Assembly (NCBI GenBank): GCA_036507075.1
Contig: DASXQR010000083.1
Span: 64,001-128,000 of the forward strand
DNA: 64,000 bases
Reading direction: 5' to 3'
Source: Acidobacteriota bacterium
Lineage (GTDB): Bacteria > Acidobacteriota > UBA6911 > JACQSX01
Shown: positions 1-9,719 of the stretch, piece by piece
Position numbering within the stretch: position 1 is the stretch's first letter
Layout: each line of letters begins with the position of its first letter
Notes under the pieces: generated by a model
Database searches by the model: none
Told to the model about the DNA's origin: nothing
The model's input: the letters and a program-made list of their open reading frames with translations, nothing else
Made by a program: the position numbers and the translations under genes

Positions 1-2
1 GC

Positions 3-1901
3 CACCTTTATGAAGCCGCCGCCGCCCACTATCAAGCCACGGGGAAGAAATCGCTGCTTGAGATTGCTCTCAAGACCGCTGAGTTACTCGACAGGACCTT
101 CGGCCCTGGCAAGGAATCCATTTGGCCCGGCCATCAAATTACCGAGATGGGTCTGGTCAAGCTCTACCGCGTCACGGGCGACGAGCGTTACCTGACCCTG
201 GCCAGGTTCCTGCTTGATGCGCGCGGACCGGACGGCACCCGGGGCAGTGGCCGCACATACAATCAATCGCACGCGAAAGTGGTGGATCAAACCGAAGCGG
301 TCGGGCATGCCGTTCGCGCTACTTACATGTATTCAGGCATGGCTGATGTGGCGGCGCTGACGGGCGACGCGTCTTACATTAATGCCATAGGCAAAATCTG
401 GGAGAATGTCGCGGGCAAAAAACTTTACATTACCGGAGGTATCGGCGCTACCGGTTCGGGCGAGGCCTTCGGCATCAACTACCAGTTGCCCAACATGAGC
501 GCCTACAACGAGACGTGTGCCGCCGTGGGCAATGACTTTTGGAATCACCGCCTATTCCTGCTTCATGCCGACGCCAGGTACATTGACGTCATGGAGCGGA
601 CGCTTTTCAACGGCTTGATTTCGGGCGTGTCGCTCGACGGCAAAACATTTTTCTATCCCAACCCGCTGGAGTCTAAAGGTCAGCACCAACGCAGCCCCTG
701 GTTTGGCGTCGCCTGTTGTCCCGGCAATATCACGCGCTTCCTGGCCTCGCTTCCCGGGTATGTCTACGCCCAGCGGGGTGACACGCTCTATGTCAATCTT
801 TACGTGAGCAGCACGGCCGACATAAGCCTGGACAAGGACCGCACAGTGAAATTAATCCAGGAGACGCGCTACCCGTGGGAGGGTGCTGTCAAGATAACGG
901 TCAACCCGGACAAGATTGAGAAATTCACGATCAACATGCGTGTGCCCGGCTGGGCGCGAAATGAAGTTGTACCCAGCGACCTGTACCGCTTCGTGGATAA
1001 GGTCGAAGAGCCGGTTGTGCTCAAGATCAACGGCAAATCCGTCGCCTTCAGACTTGAAAAGGGTTATGCCGGTTTGACTCGCCAATGGAAAAAGGGCGAC
1101 GTGATCGAGCTTGCATTGCCGATGCCGGTCCGCCGGGTCGCGGCCAACGAACAGGTAGCAGCCGACCGCGGGCGCGTGGCGCTGCAGCGCGGCCCGATTG
1201 TTTACTGCGCCGAGTGGCCTGACAATCTGGACAGCCACGTCCGCAATCTGGTGCTGCCCGACACGACGAAGCTGATGGCCGAATACAGACCGGACCTTTT
1301 GAACGGCGTTGTAGTCATCAAAGGCAGGGCGCTGGGTCTGGCTTATGATGGCCAGGGTAAAGCCATTAAGAAGGAGCAGGATTTCACGGCGATTCCCTAT
1401 TACGCCTGGGCGAACCGCGGGCAGGGAGAAATGACTGTCTGGATTCCCAACGACGAGGCAAGCGCCAGACCCTTGCCATTCCCGACGATCGCGACCACCA
1501 GCAAAGTGACCACCTCAGGTCGGAAGAACCCTCGAGCAATCAACGACGGCGAGGAACCTCGCTCATCTGGGGACCCGGATTCCTTCTTCGACTGGTGGCC
1601 CAGGAAAGGCACTACGGAATGGGTCGAGTACGTCTTTGAGAAACCGGCCATGGTTTCGCAAGTCGAGCTTTATTGGTTTGACGACACGGGCCGCGGCGAG
1701 GTTCGAGTGCCCAAGTCCTGGCGCATCCTCTACAAGGATGGCGACGAGTGGAAGCCCGTCGAGAATAACGAACCCTACGGCATCGAGAAAGACCGCTACA
1801 ACAAAACCACCTTCAAGCCTGTCACGACAAGCACCCTCCGCCTTGAGGTCACCCTGCAGCAAACCTGGTCTGCCGGAATCCAGGAGTGGAAAGTAAAGTA
1901 G
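3..1901 (+). CDS. GH127 (DUF1680) beta-L-arabinofuranosidase-like glycoside hydrolase with C-terminal F5/8-type module; 5' end outside the window
   Basis: Frame open from base 3 (HLYEAAAAHYQATGK). GHAVRATY, YNETCAAVG and ACCPGN motifs are typical of GH127. Confidence 0.9.
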   Translation, partial: HLYEAAAAHYQATGKKSLLEIALKTAELLDRTFGPGKESIWPGHQITEMGLVKLYRVTGDERYLTLARFLLDARGPDGTRGSGRTYNQSHAKVVDQTEAVGHAVRATYMYSGMADVAALTGDASYINAIGKIWENVAGKKLYITGGIGATGSGEAFGINYQLPNMSAYNETCAAVGNDFWNHRLFLLHADARYIDVMERTLFNGLISGVSLDGKTFFYPNPLESKGQHQRSPWFGVACCPGNITRFLASLPGYVYAQRGDTLYVNLYVSSTADISLDKDRTVKLIQETRYPWEGAVKITVNPDKIEKFTINMRVPGWARNEVVPSDLYRFVDKVEEPVVLKINGKSVAFRLEKGYAGLTRQWKKGDVIELALPMPVRRVAANEQVAADRGRVALQRGPIVYCAEWPDNLDSHVRNLVLPDTTKLMAEYRPDLLNGVVVIKGRALGLAYDGQGKAIKKEQDFTAIPYYAWANRGQGEMTVWIPNDEASARPLPFPTIATTSKVTTSGRKNPRAINDGEEPRSSGDPDSFFDWWPRKGTTEWVEYVFEKPAMVSQVELYWFDDTGRGEVRVPKSWRILYKDGDEWKPVENNEPYGIEKDRYNKTTFKPVTTSTLRLEVTLQQTWSAGIQEWKVK

Positions 1902-1978
1902 GCCTAACGCTTCTTCGCGAGTTCCCGAATGCAGGCTACCAGTTCGTCCGGATTTTGTTTCAAATTAGCATTCCACTC

Positions 1979-3994
1979 TTAAAATCCGCGCGTCCATCGC
2001 AGCGTGAGCAGATTGGCCTGAAAATTATCTCCCCGTATGAGCTCTTCAATATAGTAAGTGCGCTGCATATCGATCGCGATGCGGCCCGCCCGCGGTAAAT
2101 CATAATAAACGGTTCCCGTCACCAGCGGCCAGGTAATGGGACCATACTTCGGGGGCTCGCCGCTGATTTCTCCCGCACCTGTGGTCCTGACGAAGTTTCC
2201 CGTCAAGTTGATGCCCAGACGCCGCATCGGGTTAGCGGCCACTCCCGCCCGCCATACACGGTTCAGCGTTTGATCCCGCCACAGCGTGGTCAAAGGGGCC
2301 GTGCCCCGCAGGAACGTAACCGACGCGGTGGCAAAAAAACTGTCATAAGCAAATCCGCCATGGACCGCGATGCGGTCGTTGAGCGCGTAGGATACGGCTG
2401 CGGCATTGGAGCGCACATTGTTCCGATAAGCCGTATCGTGCAGCTCGCGGTCACGAACTACGAGGTTATCCTCCACCGAGATTTTTTCCGAAGGCTGAAA
2501 GCGCAGCACCACGCGCGTTCCCCGGTCGACGTGCGGGCTGATGCGCGTGTAAGAACCGCTGCTCACGATGTTATGGAAATCCGCCCGCACGCTCCACAGG
2601 CTGGACGGACGGTAATAGACGCTGGCGATCGGCCAAACGCTCTTGACACGCCGCGTGCGTTGGGGATCGATCCGATTGTCCTCAAGCGCTTTCGTGTCGC
2701 GATTCAAATAGCGAATGCCCGGTCGGATCACGAGCGAGTGCAGCGGAAGAAATTCCAACGCCAGATCGACTTGATGCGTACCCTGCCGCCATTCTGTCTC
2801 CACTTCCTCCGAAGCCGAAGTAGTTGTGTCGCGCAGGCTCTGAAAATGACCCACGCTGTCGACATGAAATCGGGAATAGCGATAATCGGCGTGGAAGTTC
2901 ACCCACTCATTAAGGCTCAGCGAAAGGCCCTGGTCGATGACGTGATTTGGCTCGCTCACCTGGCCTCGTCCCGACATGGAGATGGCATAGGGCGCAAATG
3001 TCGTGCCGGAGCTGTTGGTCCGCGCCGTTCCGATAAATGATGCATCCAGGGTCGCGGGTCCTCGATAGCGATAAAAGATATAACCGCCGCGCAGCTCGGT
3101 ACGCGGGTTCAATTTCCCCGTGTAGGAGAACTCACTCAAGGGGGTCTTCAGTCGCCGAAATTCCGACCATGAAATATTGGTGGCTTGTTCGCGCGCCGTG
3201 GCCGTTTCGTCGACATTGATGCTTCGCTCCGGGGAAGTGAAATTGCGCCCGCTTGAGTTCTGTTCGAAGGTCTGGTAACCGGTACGGTAGTGAAAATTCC
3301 AATCGCGCCATGTATAGCTGGCGCCGGCTGCGAAGCGATTTGCGATTTCATCGAGCGGCACTTCGACGTAATAGGGATTGGCCCTGAGAAACGATCCCCA
3401 GAGGGTCGGAGCTCCGAAATATTCCAGCGTTCGCGTAGTGAAATTAACCCCATCGCGACTGCTGCGGTCGTACTCCAACTCAAATCGAAGATTGTCAGTT
3501 GCGTGGAGCACCAGGCTGGCAGAACCAAAGCGCCGCACGGTCGCCCAGTCATGATTGTTGGTGAGGCTATGCAGTCCCGGCGGCGCCAACACGTTGTCAT
3601 TACGATCCCAGTAAAAGTAGCTTTGGCGGAAGTTGACGCGCAGATCATAAAGGCCGTTCTTTCGCAACGTTAATTGACCGCCGGGATAGGGATCGCCGCC
3701 CAGACCGCTGAGCGTGAGCGTGAAACTGTCGGCAAAGCGCGATGACGAAGTTTCCTTACGCTGACCTGAGAAATCGACATCCAGCAGCCGGAACCCCTTT
3801 TGCAGTCCGAATAACTCCAGAAACTTCTCTCGGCGCCCCCCGACATCGACAAACCGGTATCCGACGGTGACTGACCCCTGCAGATCAAAATCACTCGCCG
3901 CGGGTTGCGCCGGTTCTTGAGCCTGCGCAGAGGCAGAGAGCAGAAGCAGCAGGGCCAGAGTGAGCGAAAAGGGAGCAACAGTTCGCAGTTTCAT
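1979..3994 (-). CDS. Outer-membrane beta-barrel, MtrB/PioB-like porin associated with a decaheme cytochrome
   Basis: Signal peptide, amphipathic beta-strand pattern, C-terminal Phe (LRWTRGF), 9 bp downstream of the decaheme gene. Confidence 0.75.
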   Translation of the reverse strand: MKLRTVAPFSLTLALLLLLSASAQAQEPAQPAASDFDLQGSVTVGYRFVDVGGRREKFLELFGLQKGFRLLDVDFSGQRKETSSSRFADSFTLTLSGLGGDPYPGGQLTLRKNGLYDLRVNFRQSYFYWDRNDNVLAPPGLHSLTNNHDWATVRRFGSASLVLHATDNLRFELEYDRSSRDGVNFTTRTLEYFGAPTLWGSFLRANPYYVEVPLDEIANRFAAGASYTWRDWNFHYRTGYQTFEQNSSGRNFTSPERSINVDETATAREQATNISWSEFRRLKTPLSEFSYTGKLNPRTELRGGYIFYRYRGPATLDASFIGTARTNSSGTTFAPYAISMSGRGQVSEPNHVIDQGLSLSLNEWVNFHADYRYSRFHVDSVGHFQSLRDTTTSASEEVETEWRQGTHQVDLALEFLPLHSLVIRPGIRYLNRDTKALEDNRIDPQRTRRVKSVWPIASVYYRPSSLWSVRADFHNIVSSGSYTRISPHVDRGTRVVLRFQPSEKISVEDNLVVRDRELHDTAYRNNVRSNAAAVSYALNDRIAVHGGFAYDSFFATASVTFLRGTAPLTTLWRDQTLNRVWRAGVAANPMRRLGINLTGNFVRTTGAGEISGEPPKYGPITWPLVTGTVYYDLPRAGRIAIDMQRTYYIEELIRGDNFQANLLTLRWTRGF

Positions 3995-4003
3995 ACCTCC
4001 GCC

Positions 4004-5032
4004 TCATTGTAGAAAGAATGGACTGATATTGGAGCCGTGAATTGTCGCGTGGCAGCGTACACACTCGCCCCGAGTTGCAAAACCCAAGCGGCCGTGCGGC
4101 ACATTAACCGCAAACGGATCGACGTGACACTGCAGGCAGAGAAAACGTCCTTCGCGGCGCAGCAGCATATTTCGTGTCACTGTTCCATGGGGACTGTGAC
4201 AGGCGACGCAGCCTTCCACTTTAACGGCGGCATGCTCGTGGATAAACGGACCCCGCTTTTCCACGTGGCAGCTGACACAGGCCTCCCAATTCGTTTTTCT
4301 CAGTTGCGGCCGGTTCGCGCTGCCGTGAGCGTTATGGCAATCGGTGCATTTCATCAGACCCTCGGGGACTCGATGATGCGTGGGAAGCGCAAACTGTGCC
4401 TGGATAGTACGGTGACAGGTGACGCAAAGCTCCGACTGCGGCTTGCGCAGCAGGCTCTCACTGAGCCAGCGTCGTTCTTCAGGGAGTACAGGTGAACGGA
4501 AAAAGTGCGCCTGCGCTACCGGAGATTCCAAACGCTCGGAATGTTTTTTCTCTTCAATCTGCAAATGCGGGGCATGACACTGTTCGCACGACACCCCGTG
4601 CACCTTGTGTTCCGAGCGCGAGAAGAAATTCTGGTCTTTGTTCGTTGTATGGCACCGGATGCACCGTTCCGCGTTTTCTGTCGGCTTCCCATGAAAAGCA
4701 AAGATCAGCTTCTTCGCCTGCAGAATTTTTGTGTCGTCGGTGCCGGCATCCGTCATGCCATCTGCGTGCGCCTTACCCGGCCCATGGCATGACTCGCAGC
4801 CGGTTCCCGGACCCGTCGCTTTGGCGGATGCGTGGACAGTTTTTGCAAATTGCGCGGCTTCAAGCGCGTGGCAATTCGCACAGGTCTCGGCGCCTGCATA
4901 GTCCGCCGGTTTTCCCGCCAGTGGGGCTTTCCAGGCTGTTGAAGAAGGATGTGCCGTCGCCGGCTGCTTTTGAGGCAGCACCGGCCAGGTCAGCGCGCAC
5001 AGGAGAACGCCGGTGACAATGACTAGCTTCAC
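4004..5032 (-). CDS. DmsE/MtrA/PioA-family decaheme cytochrome c
   Basis: Signal peptide. Ten CXXCH motifs (CANCH, CESCH, CIRCH, CEQCH, CVTCH, CTDCH, CVSCH, CVACH, CLQCH, CVRCH). KRGPFIHEH and C-terminal IHGSN. Confidence 0.92.
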   Translation of the reverse strand: MKLVIVTGVLLCALTWPVLPQKQPATAHPSSTAWKAPLAGKPADYAGAETCANCHALEAAQFAKTVHASAKATGPGTGCESCHGPGKAHADGMTDAGTDDTKILQAKKLIFAFHGKPTENAERCIRCHTTNKDQNFFSRSEHKVHGVSCEQCHAPHLQIEEKKHSERLESPVAQAHFFRSPVLPEERRWLSESLLRKPQSELCVTCHRTIQAQFALPTHHRVPEGLMKCTDCHNAHGSANRPQLRKTNWEACVSCHVEKRGPFIHEHAAVKVEGCVACHSPHGTVTRNMLLRREGRFLCLQCHVDPFAVNVPHGRLGFATRGECVRCHATIHGSNISPFFLQ

Positions 5033-5394
5033 AGCCGTCGCTCCTCGTCAAGTTCCTTGATGGTTCTGCGCAGCCAGCTTCCTAGAGCCTCTTCCAATTC
5101 CTCCTGTGTTCCCCATCGGTAAAGCGCGTGTATCGTCTGACCTGCATCGTTCAATCTGATGAAACGACAAGGGGCGCTTGCCAACCGGCGTTCGCGTGGG
5201 ACGAATCTCATTAACAGACAGTCCACGCAAGGACGGGACCGCATCGGATCGCCGAAGTTCAAACACGTGGGAGAGTCTTCAAAAGTCAGTGCCGGCTTCC
5301 AAGGCGTACGCACCGATCGGCCGTAACCTCCATCCTCAAGGAATCGGAGTTCAAACTTGAGCACGTCCAGGATATCGCGATCGTCTTTTTGCAT
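5029..5394 (-). CDS. Hypothetical cytoplasmic protein with 4 Cys
   Basis: GGAAGGA RBS before the ATG at 5394; stop overlaps the cytochrome start (GTGA). Confidence 0.75.
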   Translation of the reverse strand: MQKDDRDILDVLKFELRFLEDGGYGRSVRTPWKPALTFEDSPTCLNFGDPMRSRPCVDCLLMRFVPRERRLASAPCRFIRLNDAGQTIHALYRWGTQEELEEALGSWLRRTIKELDEERRL

Positions 5395-5424
5395 TTGAAT
5401 CTTCCTTCCCCGGCATGCTGAGAG

Positions 5425-5439
5425 GCAATTTCTATACCA
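5425..5439 (-). promoter_or_regulatory. sigma54 -24/-12 promoter (TGGTATAGAAATTGC)
   Basis: GG-N10-GC with TTGC, just upstream of the RBS and ATG at 5394. Confidence 0.7.
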
Positions 5440-5634
5440 GGCATTTTTGTGCCATAGATCAGAATCAATCGGCGTAGTTCGCATAAATCGGCGCTAGTTC
5501 TTCGATTCGCGGGTCTTAAGATCCACAAGTGGGTCAAAAGGCGCACACAAATAGGGAGAATTTCAGGTCGCGGCCAACTCGCTTGAAAATGTCCAGGAGG
5601 CTTCGCACCCTCCGCGCCCTCGCGGTAGATTCTT

Positions 5635-6294
5635 TCACGCATGACAGGCGGCGGATTCTTCGCATGCCTGCTCAAGCAGATGGCGCGCCTCTTCATCCGT
5701 AACTACCGGAAGGTGCTCATACCATCGCTCCGCGCCGAACGAAACAGGCGGAATGACGGTAACGACTCCGTCAACGTCCGACCGAAACTCGTCCAGAGCA
5801 TCTTGGGAGATCACGGGCGCGGCCACAATCATCCGCGCCGGGGCGCGCTGGCGCAGTGCGGCGATTGCTGCGGCAATGCTCGAGCCATCCGTGAGCCCGT
5901 CATCGACCATTATCACGGTGCGGTCTGCTAGATTGAGCGGTTTTCGGTCGCCGCGGTAAAGTTTTTCACAACGCTCAATCTCCTTCAGTTCATGATTCGC
6001 CACCAAGTCAATCAAACCTTCGGATAACCTGAACATGTAAACGGTGTTGTTCAAAATCCGCGCACCTCCGGTGGCAACGGCACCGAATACAATTTCCTGA
6101 CATCCTGGAAGTCCAAGTTTGCGAACGAGGAAGAAGTCGAGCGGAAGTTCAAGCTTACGCGCCACTTCGTAACCGACAGGCACGCTTTCCGGCGTCAGCG
6201 TGATTGCGACCGCATCTGTGTAATTTATTTCCTGCTTTAGTTTGCGAGCTAGCTTCGTGCCCGCTTCGCGTCGATTGCGGAATTTTTCAGACAT
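5635..6294 (-). CDS. Phosphoribosyltransferase family protein (Rv0571c/Rv2030c N-domain type)
   Basis: FRNRREAG start, LVRKLGLPG, PRPP loop VIMVDDGLTDGSS. Confidence 0.85.
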   Translation of the reverse strand: MSEKFRNRREAGTKLARKLKQEINYTDAVAITLTPESVPVGYEVARKLELPLDFFLVRKLGLPGCQEIVFGAVATGGARILNNTVYMFRLSEGLIDLVANHELKEIERCEKLYRGDRKPLNLADRTVIMVDDGLTDGSSIAAAIAALRQRAPARMIVAAPVISQDALDEFRSDVDGVVTVIPPVSFGAERWYEHLPVVTDEEARHLLEQACEESAACHA

Positions 6295-6307
6295 GGAAAG
6301 CCTCCTT

Positions 6308-6811
6308 TCAATTTCGCGTCCACCAAACGTGGGCGAACTTGTTTTCGTGCGAAAACAGGTACACGACGTCGCCCCCGAAGCTCTTCTGAAGCGCTCCTCC
6401 CAGTCGTTGCGCCAGGTGTTCTGTGGTGGTGGCCACTGTCCACCCCAGCGGACCGGAAAGCTTCCAAGACATCACGCGCGCCAGCGGATTATCCTCCGAT
6501 GCCCTCTCTGCTTCATTTCGCAGCAACGTTTCAACTTCTGCACCATGATCGATCAAAAACATGCCCTGGACGTACAACAGTCCCGAAGGTGTTCCCGATT
6601 TCATTTGGTGGCATGCCGGGCAGACGGTTGCTTTCAGTTCCCGGTCCAGGTGCGGCGCGTGCCTCGCGGGGGTCCAGCGCTGAGCTGAGTAGACTGCCTG
6701 GCAGATCCTGCAAATCAGTGGTTCGCTCGGGTGGCGTACTGGTCTGAGCCCTTCCCCATGGTCCACTCGCTTGGTAAAAGTCGTGTTCGTGTATCGCTTG
6801 GCTGCGTTCAT
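6308..6811 (-). CDS. BCAM0308-like protein (two CxxC)
   Basis: CRICQAVY..RW, CPAC, NPLARVM and TTEHLAQRLGGAL motifs. Confidence 0.75.
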   Translation of the reverse strand: MNAAKRYTNTTFTKRVDHGEGLRPVRHPSEPLICRICQAVYSAQRWTPARHAPHLDRELKATVCPACHQMKSGTPSGLLYVQGMFLIDHGAEVETLLRNEAERASEDNPLARVMSWKLSGPLGWTVATTTEHLAQRLGGALQKSFGGDVVYLFSHENKFAHVWWTRN

Positions 6812-6854
6812 AGTGTTGATCTCTCCCTGGCTTTTGACCTCCAGTGATTCGGTA

Positions 6855-6869
6855 GCACGAACCGTGCCC
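6855..6869 (-). promoter_or_regulatory. sigma54 promoter candidate (GGGCACGGTTCGTGC)
   Basis: GGCAC-N7-GC spacing, 44 bp upstream of the ATG at 6811. Confidence 0.55.
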
Positions 6870-6991
6870 TAAGTTTTCAGGTAAAATGTGAGGGAATCCA
6901 GCCGGTCAGTGGGTGTAATCGCGCATCTCTGGTTGGGAATGCGCAAGAACGGAGCGAACCCGCATCAGTTATTGAAGGCGGCTACGTTGTT

Positions 6992-7086
6992 TTCACCGCA
7001 GAGTCGCAGAGTGCGCCGAGGCATCGCAGAGGCGGGATTGCGGACTCTGCGCGGACTCGGCGAATCTCGGCGTCTCGGCGGTGAAA
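6992..7086. repeat. REP-like imperfect palindrome (TTCACCGCAGAG...CTCGGCGGTGAA)
   Basis: Terminal inverted repeat; related copy at 33899-33990. Confidence 0.7.
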
Positions 7087-7138
7087 GCAATGTGCCGATT
7101 CAAGCATTCCAGAGATTTCAGACCATGACTCTTAACTC

Positions 7139-7888
7139 TCACGAAGACCGCACCGCAAGAACCAGCATGATGACGATACCGGCGGTGACCCACCAGGCGG
7201 CCTGCCGCGGTCCGCACGACCCGTCGTCCAGGGTTTCAGGCAGTAATTCGGCAAAGACCAGGAAGATCATAGCTCCTGCGGCAAAACCTAGTCCTGCCGG
7301 AAGAAGCGGCTGGAAGAAGGAGACTGCGATTACGGCGGGAACAGCGGCAAGAGGCTGGGGAAAACTGGAGAGCACTGCATAATAAGCGCAACGCGACACG
7401 GAAACTCCTTGCGCCCGAAGCGGGAGCGCGATCGCCATCCCTTCAGGAATATTGTGTACTGCGATGGCCAGGGTAATCAGCAGTCCAAATCCGAGCTCGC
7501 CGGTTGCGTAACTAACACCGATGGCGACTCCCTCCGGAAAACTATGAATCGCCATGGCAACGAAGACCAGGATTCCCTTGCGCGAAGCTTCGGCGCTCAG
7601 CCCGGATATTTTCCAGTGGTGACCCTGGAGGGTTCTTGCGGTAAATGACAGGAAGGCCGCTCCCGCCACGATTCCAACAGCCAGTTCCAAAGGGGATCCG
7701 CGTTTCAGCGCTTCTCCGGAAAGACCGAACACGGAAGCCGAAAGCATCATACCTCCCGCAAGGGCAGCAAAGCGCCCCTGCCACTGAGAGGAAGGATTCC
7801 TGACAAACACAAAGGGAAGAGCTCCCAAGCCGGTTGCCAGGTCGGTCAGGATCGCCGCAATGAGAGTCTGGACGATAAGGTCGTTCAT
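7139..7888 (-). CDS. ZIP family divalent metal transporter
   Basis: Multiple TM helices; HSFPEG and HNIPEG motifs. Confidence 0.92.
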   Translation of the reverse strand: MNDLIVQTLIAAILTDLATGLGALPFVFVRNPSSQWQGRFAALAGGMMLSASVFGLSGEALKRGSPLELAVGIVAGAAFLSFTARTLQGHHWKISGLSAEASRKGILVFVAMAIHSFPEGVAIGVSYATGELGFGLLITLAIAVHNIPEGMAIALPLRAQGVSVSRCAYYAVLSSFPQPLAAVPAVIAVSFFQPLLPAGLGFAAGAMIFLVFAELLPETLDDGSCGPRQAAWWVTAGIVIMLVLAVRSS

Positions 7889-7966
7889 GGGAGCAGTCCG
7901 TTGGACCTGCGTGGCTCTTCAACACGGCCACATTGAAACCGGACGACGTTGATTCGTTCAACCATT

Positions 7967-8662
7967 TTACGCGACCGTGCCGAACAGGGAGCCGACAGCC
8001 GCCGTCAGCCCCATCGCAAGTGCACCCCAGAATGTCACGCGCACGGCGGCCGGCCTCACACGGGCACCATCGGTGCGAGCAGCCAGCCCTCCCAGGAGCG
8101 CAAGGAACATCAGCGAAGTTGCGGCCACGACAGGGACTAAGTTCACCAGGGGCGTCATGAAAACGGTTAGCAGGGGCATGGCCGCGCCGAGAGCGAATGT
8201 ACCTGCCGAGGCAAGCGCCGCCTGAACCGGCCGTGCATTGAGAGATTCATATATCCCCAGCTCATCGCGCGCGTGGGCGGCAATTGCGTCGTGAGCCATG
8301 AGTTGCTCAGCAACCTGTTTCGCGAGGGGCGGATCAAGGCCGCGATCGACGTAGATTGCTGCCAATTCCTCTCGCTCGTTCTCCTCGTCAGCATCGAGTT
8401 CCCTACGCTCTCGCTCGAGGTCGGCGTGTTCGGTGTCTGCCTGTGAGGAAACCGACACATACTCGCCTGCAGCCATGGACATTGCTCCAGCGACTAGACC
8501 TGCAACCCCGGCGACCAATACTTCACCACGAGTCGCATGAGCGGCCGCGACACCGACCACCAGGCTCGCAGTCGACACAATACCGTCGTTTGCACCCAGC
8601 ACCGCGGCCCGGAGCCAACCGATACGTTCTGTGCGGTGTTTCTCCTGGTGGTGTCTAAGCAT
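7967..8662 (-). CDS. VIT1/CCC1 family Fe/Mn transporter
   Basis: WLRAAVLGANDG and SMAAGEYVSVSSQ motifs; start placed at MLRHH. Confidence 0.92.
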   Translation of the reverse strand: MLRHHQEKHRTERIGWLRAAVLGANDGIVSTASLVVGVAAAHATRGEVLVAGVAGLVAGAMSMAAGEYVSVSSQADTEHADLERERRELDADEENEREELAAIYVDRGLDPPLAKQVAEQLMAHDAIAAHARDELGIYESLNARPVQAALASAGTFALGAAMPLLTVFMTPLVNLVPVVAATSLMFLALLGGLAARTDGARVRPAAVRVTFWGALAMGLTAAVGSLFGTVA

Positions 8663-8840
8663 TCTGTTTCTCCCGTGCGCAAATCCCGCAGATGATTCGA
8701 TCACCGCCCCCAAGAATGCGGTAGCAGATTCCGCTCCTGATTTCAATGACGTGTCGAGGAAACGGATCGTCTTTGAGTTGTCGACGGGTGTCTTCGGATG
8801 CGCAGAATACCTCCATCCAGCGAAACTCACCTGGCAATGA

Positions 8841-8855
8841 GCAACTTGCATACCA
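8841..8855 (-). promoter_or_regulatory. sigma54 promoter (TGGTATGCAAGTTGC) towards VIT1/ZIP
   Basis: GG-N10-GC with TTGC. Confidence 0.6.
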
Positions 8856-8882
8856 AGCCGTCCGGAAGGAATGTCGGAAATG

Positions 8883-8897
8883 TGGAACACCAGTTGC
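8883..8897 (+). promoter_or_regulatory. sigma54 promoter (TGGAACACCAGTTGC)
   Basis: GG-N10-GC with TTGC, 30 bp before the ATG at 8928. Confidence 0.65.
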
Positions 8898-8927
8898 TTC
8901 AGATATGGATGAAAAGGGAGGTGGCTA

Positions 8928-9296
8928 ATGTTGAACCCTCAAGAAATCGAAGAACTGAATAATCGGCTACATCAGGCAGTGTGTAACATCTGTACCGACC
9001 ACAAGCCGGACGGAAGTTGCTGCTATCCCGACAGATCCAAGTCTCCCCTGTTTGCTCACGTTGAAAGGCTCGTTGATTTGGCACGCGAAGTTCACAGCGA
9101 CCGGATGAAGCCGTACGTGGAGCGGCTCCGCAGCGACGTCTGTACGGTCTGTAATGCGCCGCGCTGGCGCGGTAACTGTCAAGTGACCAGTGAAGGCCTC
9201 TGCGCTGTGGATGCCTATCTCCCGGTGATCATCGAAGAGATTGAGGCATTTCTTGCCGAGAAAGGCAAAAAAGAGAGTCAGGGCTCCAGTGGGTGA
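8928..9296 (+). CDS. Cys-rich putative metal-binding hypothetical protein
   Basis: GGAGG RBS; VCNIC..GSCC and VCTVC..GNC..LC half-repeats. Confidence 0.75.
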   Translation: MLNPQEIEELNNRLHQAVCNICTDHKPDGSCCYPDRSKSPLFAHVERLVDLAREVHSDRMKPYVERLRSDVCTVCNAPRWRGNCQVTSEGLCAVDAYLPVIIEEIEAFLAEKGKKESQGSSG

Positions 9297-9482
9297 TATT
9301 ACCCACAACGCTGGGTGGGAAACACCAGGAAGAGAAGCTTGGCAGGAGGCAATTTTGGTTTTATGAATCCAGCAACACTGATCGTCATTCACATCGTCGG
9401 CATATTGGGAATTTTCATTCTCGGTTACATGGTCGGCTCGCGGGATAGTTGAAGAAAATCGAAAAGCTTGAACCGCGAAGCC

Positions 9483-9627
9483 GCCGCGCGCGTCAGCAAG
9501 CGGACACTCGATGTGACACTTCAAATCAACGCGCAATGACCTGTCCTCCACTTTCAGACAAAACTGAAATTTATTTCATTGAGTGGTATTTGCTAGCTGG
9601 GAGTGTCCGCTTGCTCACGCGCGCGGC
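9483..9627. repeat. REP-like inverted pair (GCCGCGCGCGTCAGCAAGCGGACACTC)
   Basis: 27-bp arms at 9483-9509 and 9601-9627 with one mismatch. Confidence 0.75.
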
Positions 9628-9719
9628 TCGGCTGGCGGCTGCGATCCCTTCCTTCCCCTTCATAACCCTTCCTTCCCCTTCATAACCCTTCTTCCCACCA
9701 CCTAATCCTTCCTTCCTCT

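Noticed and set aside
5441..5454. TGGCACAAAAATGC as a sigma54 promoter
   Set aside because: The GG-GC spacing is 9, not 10; the adjacent 5425-5439 site fits.
8663..8890. Long N-terminal extensions in the ORF track (VIT1; also nhaA, xfp, cspA, iscS, hsp20)
   Set aside because: They overlap promoters or repeats and precede the family-typical start; downstream starts were used.
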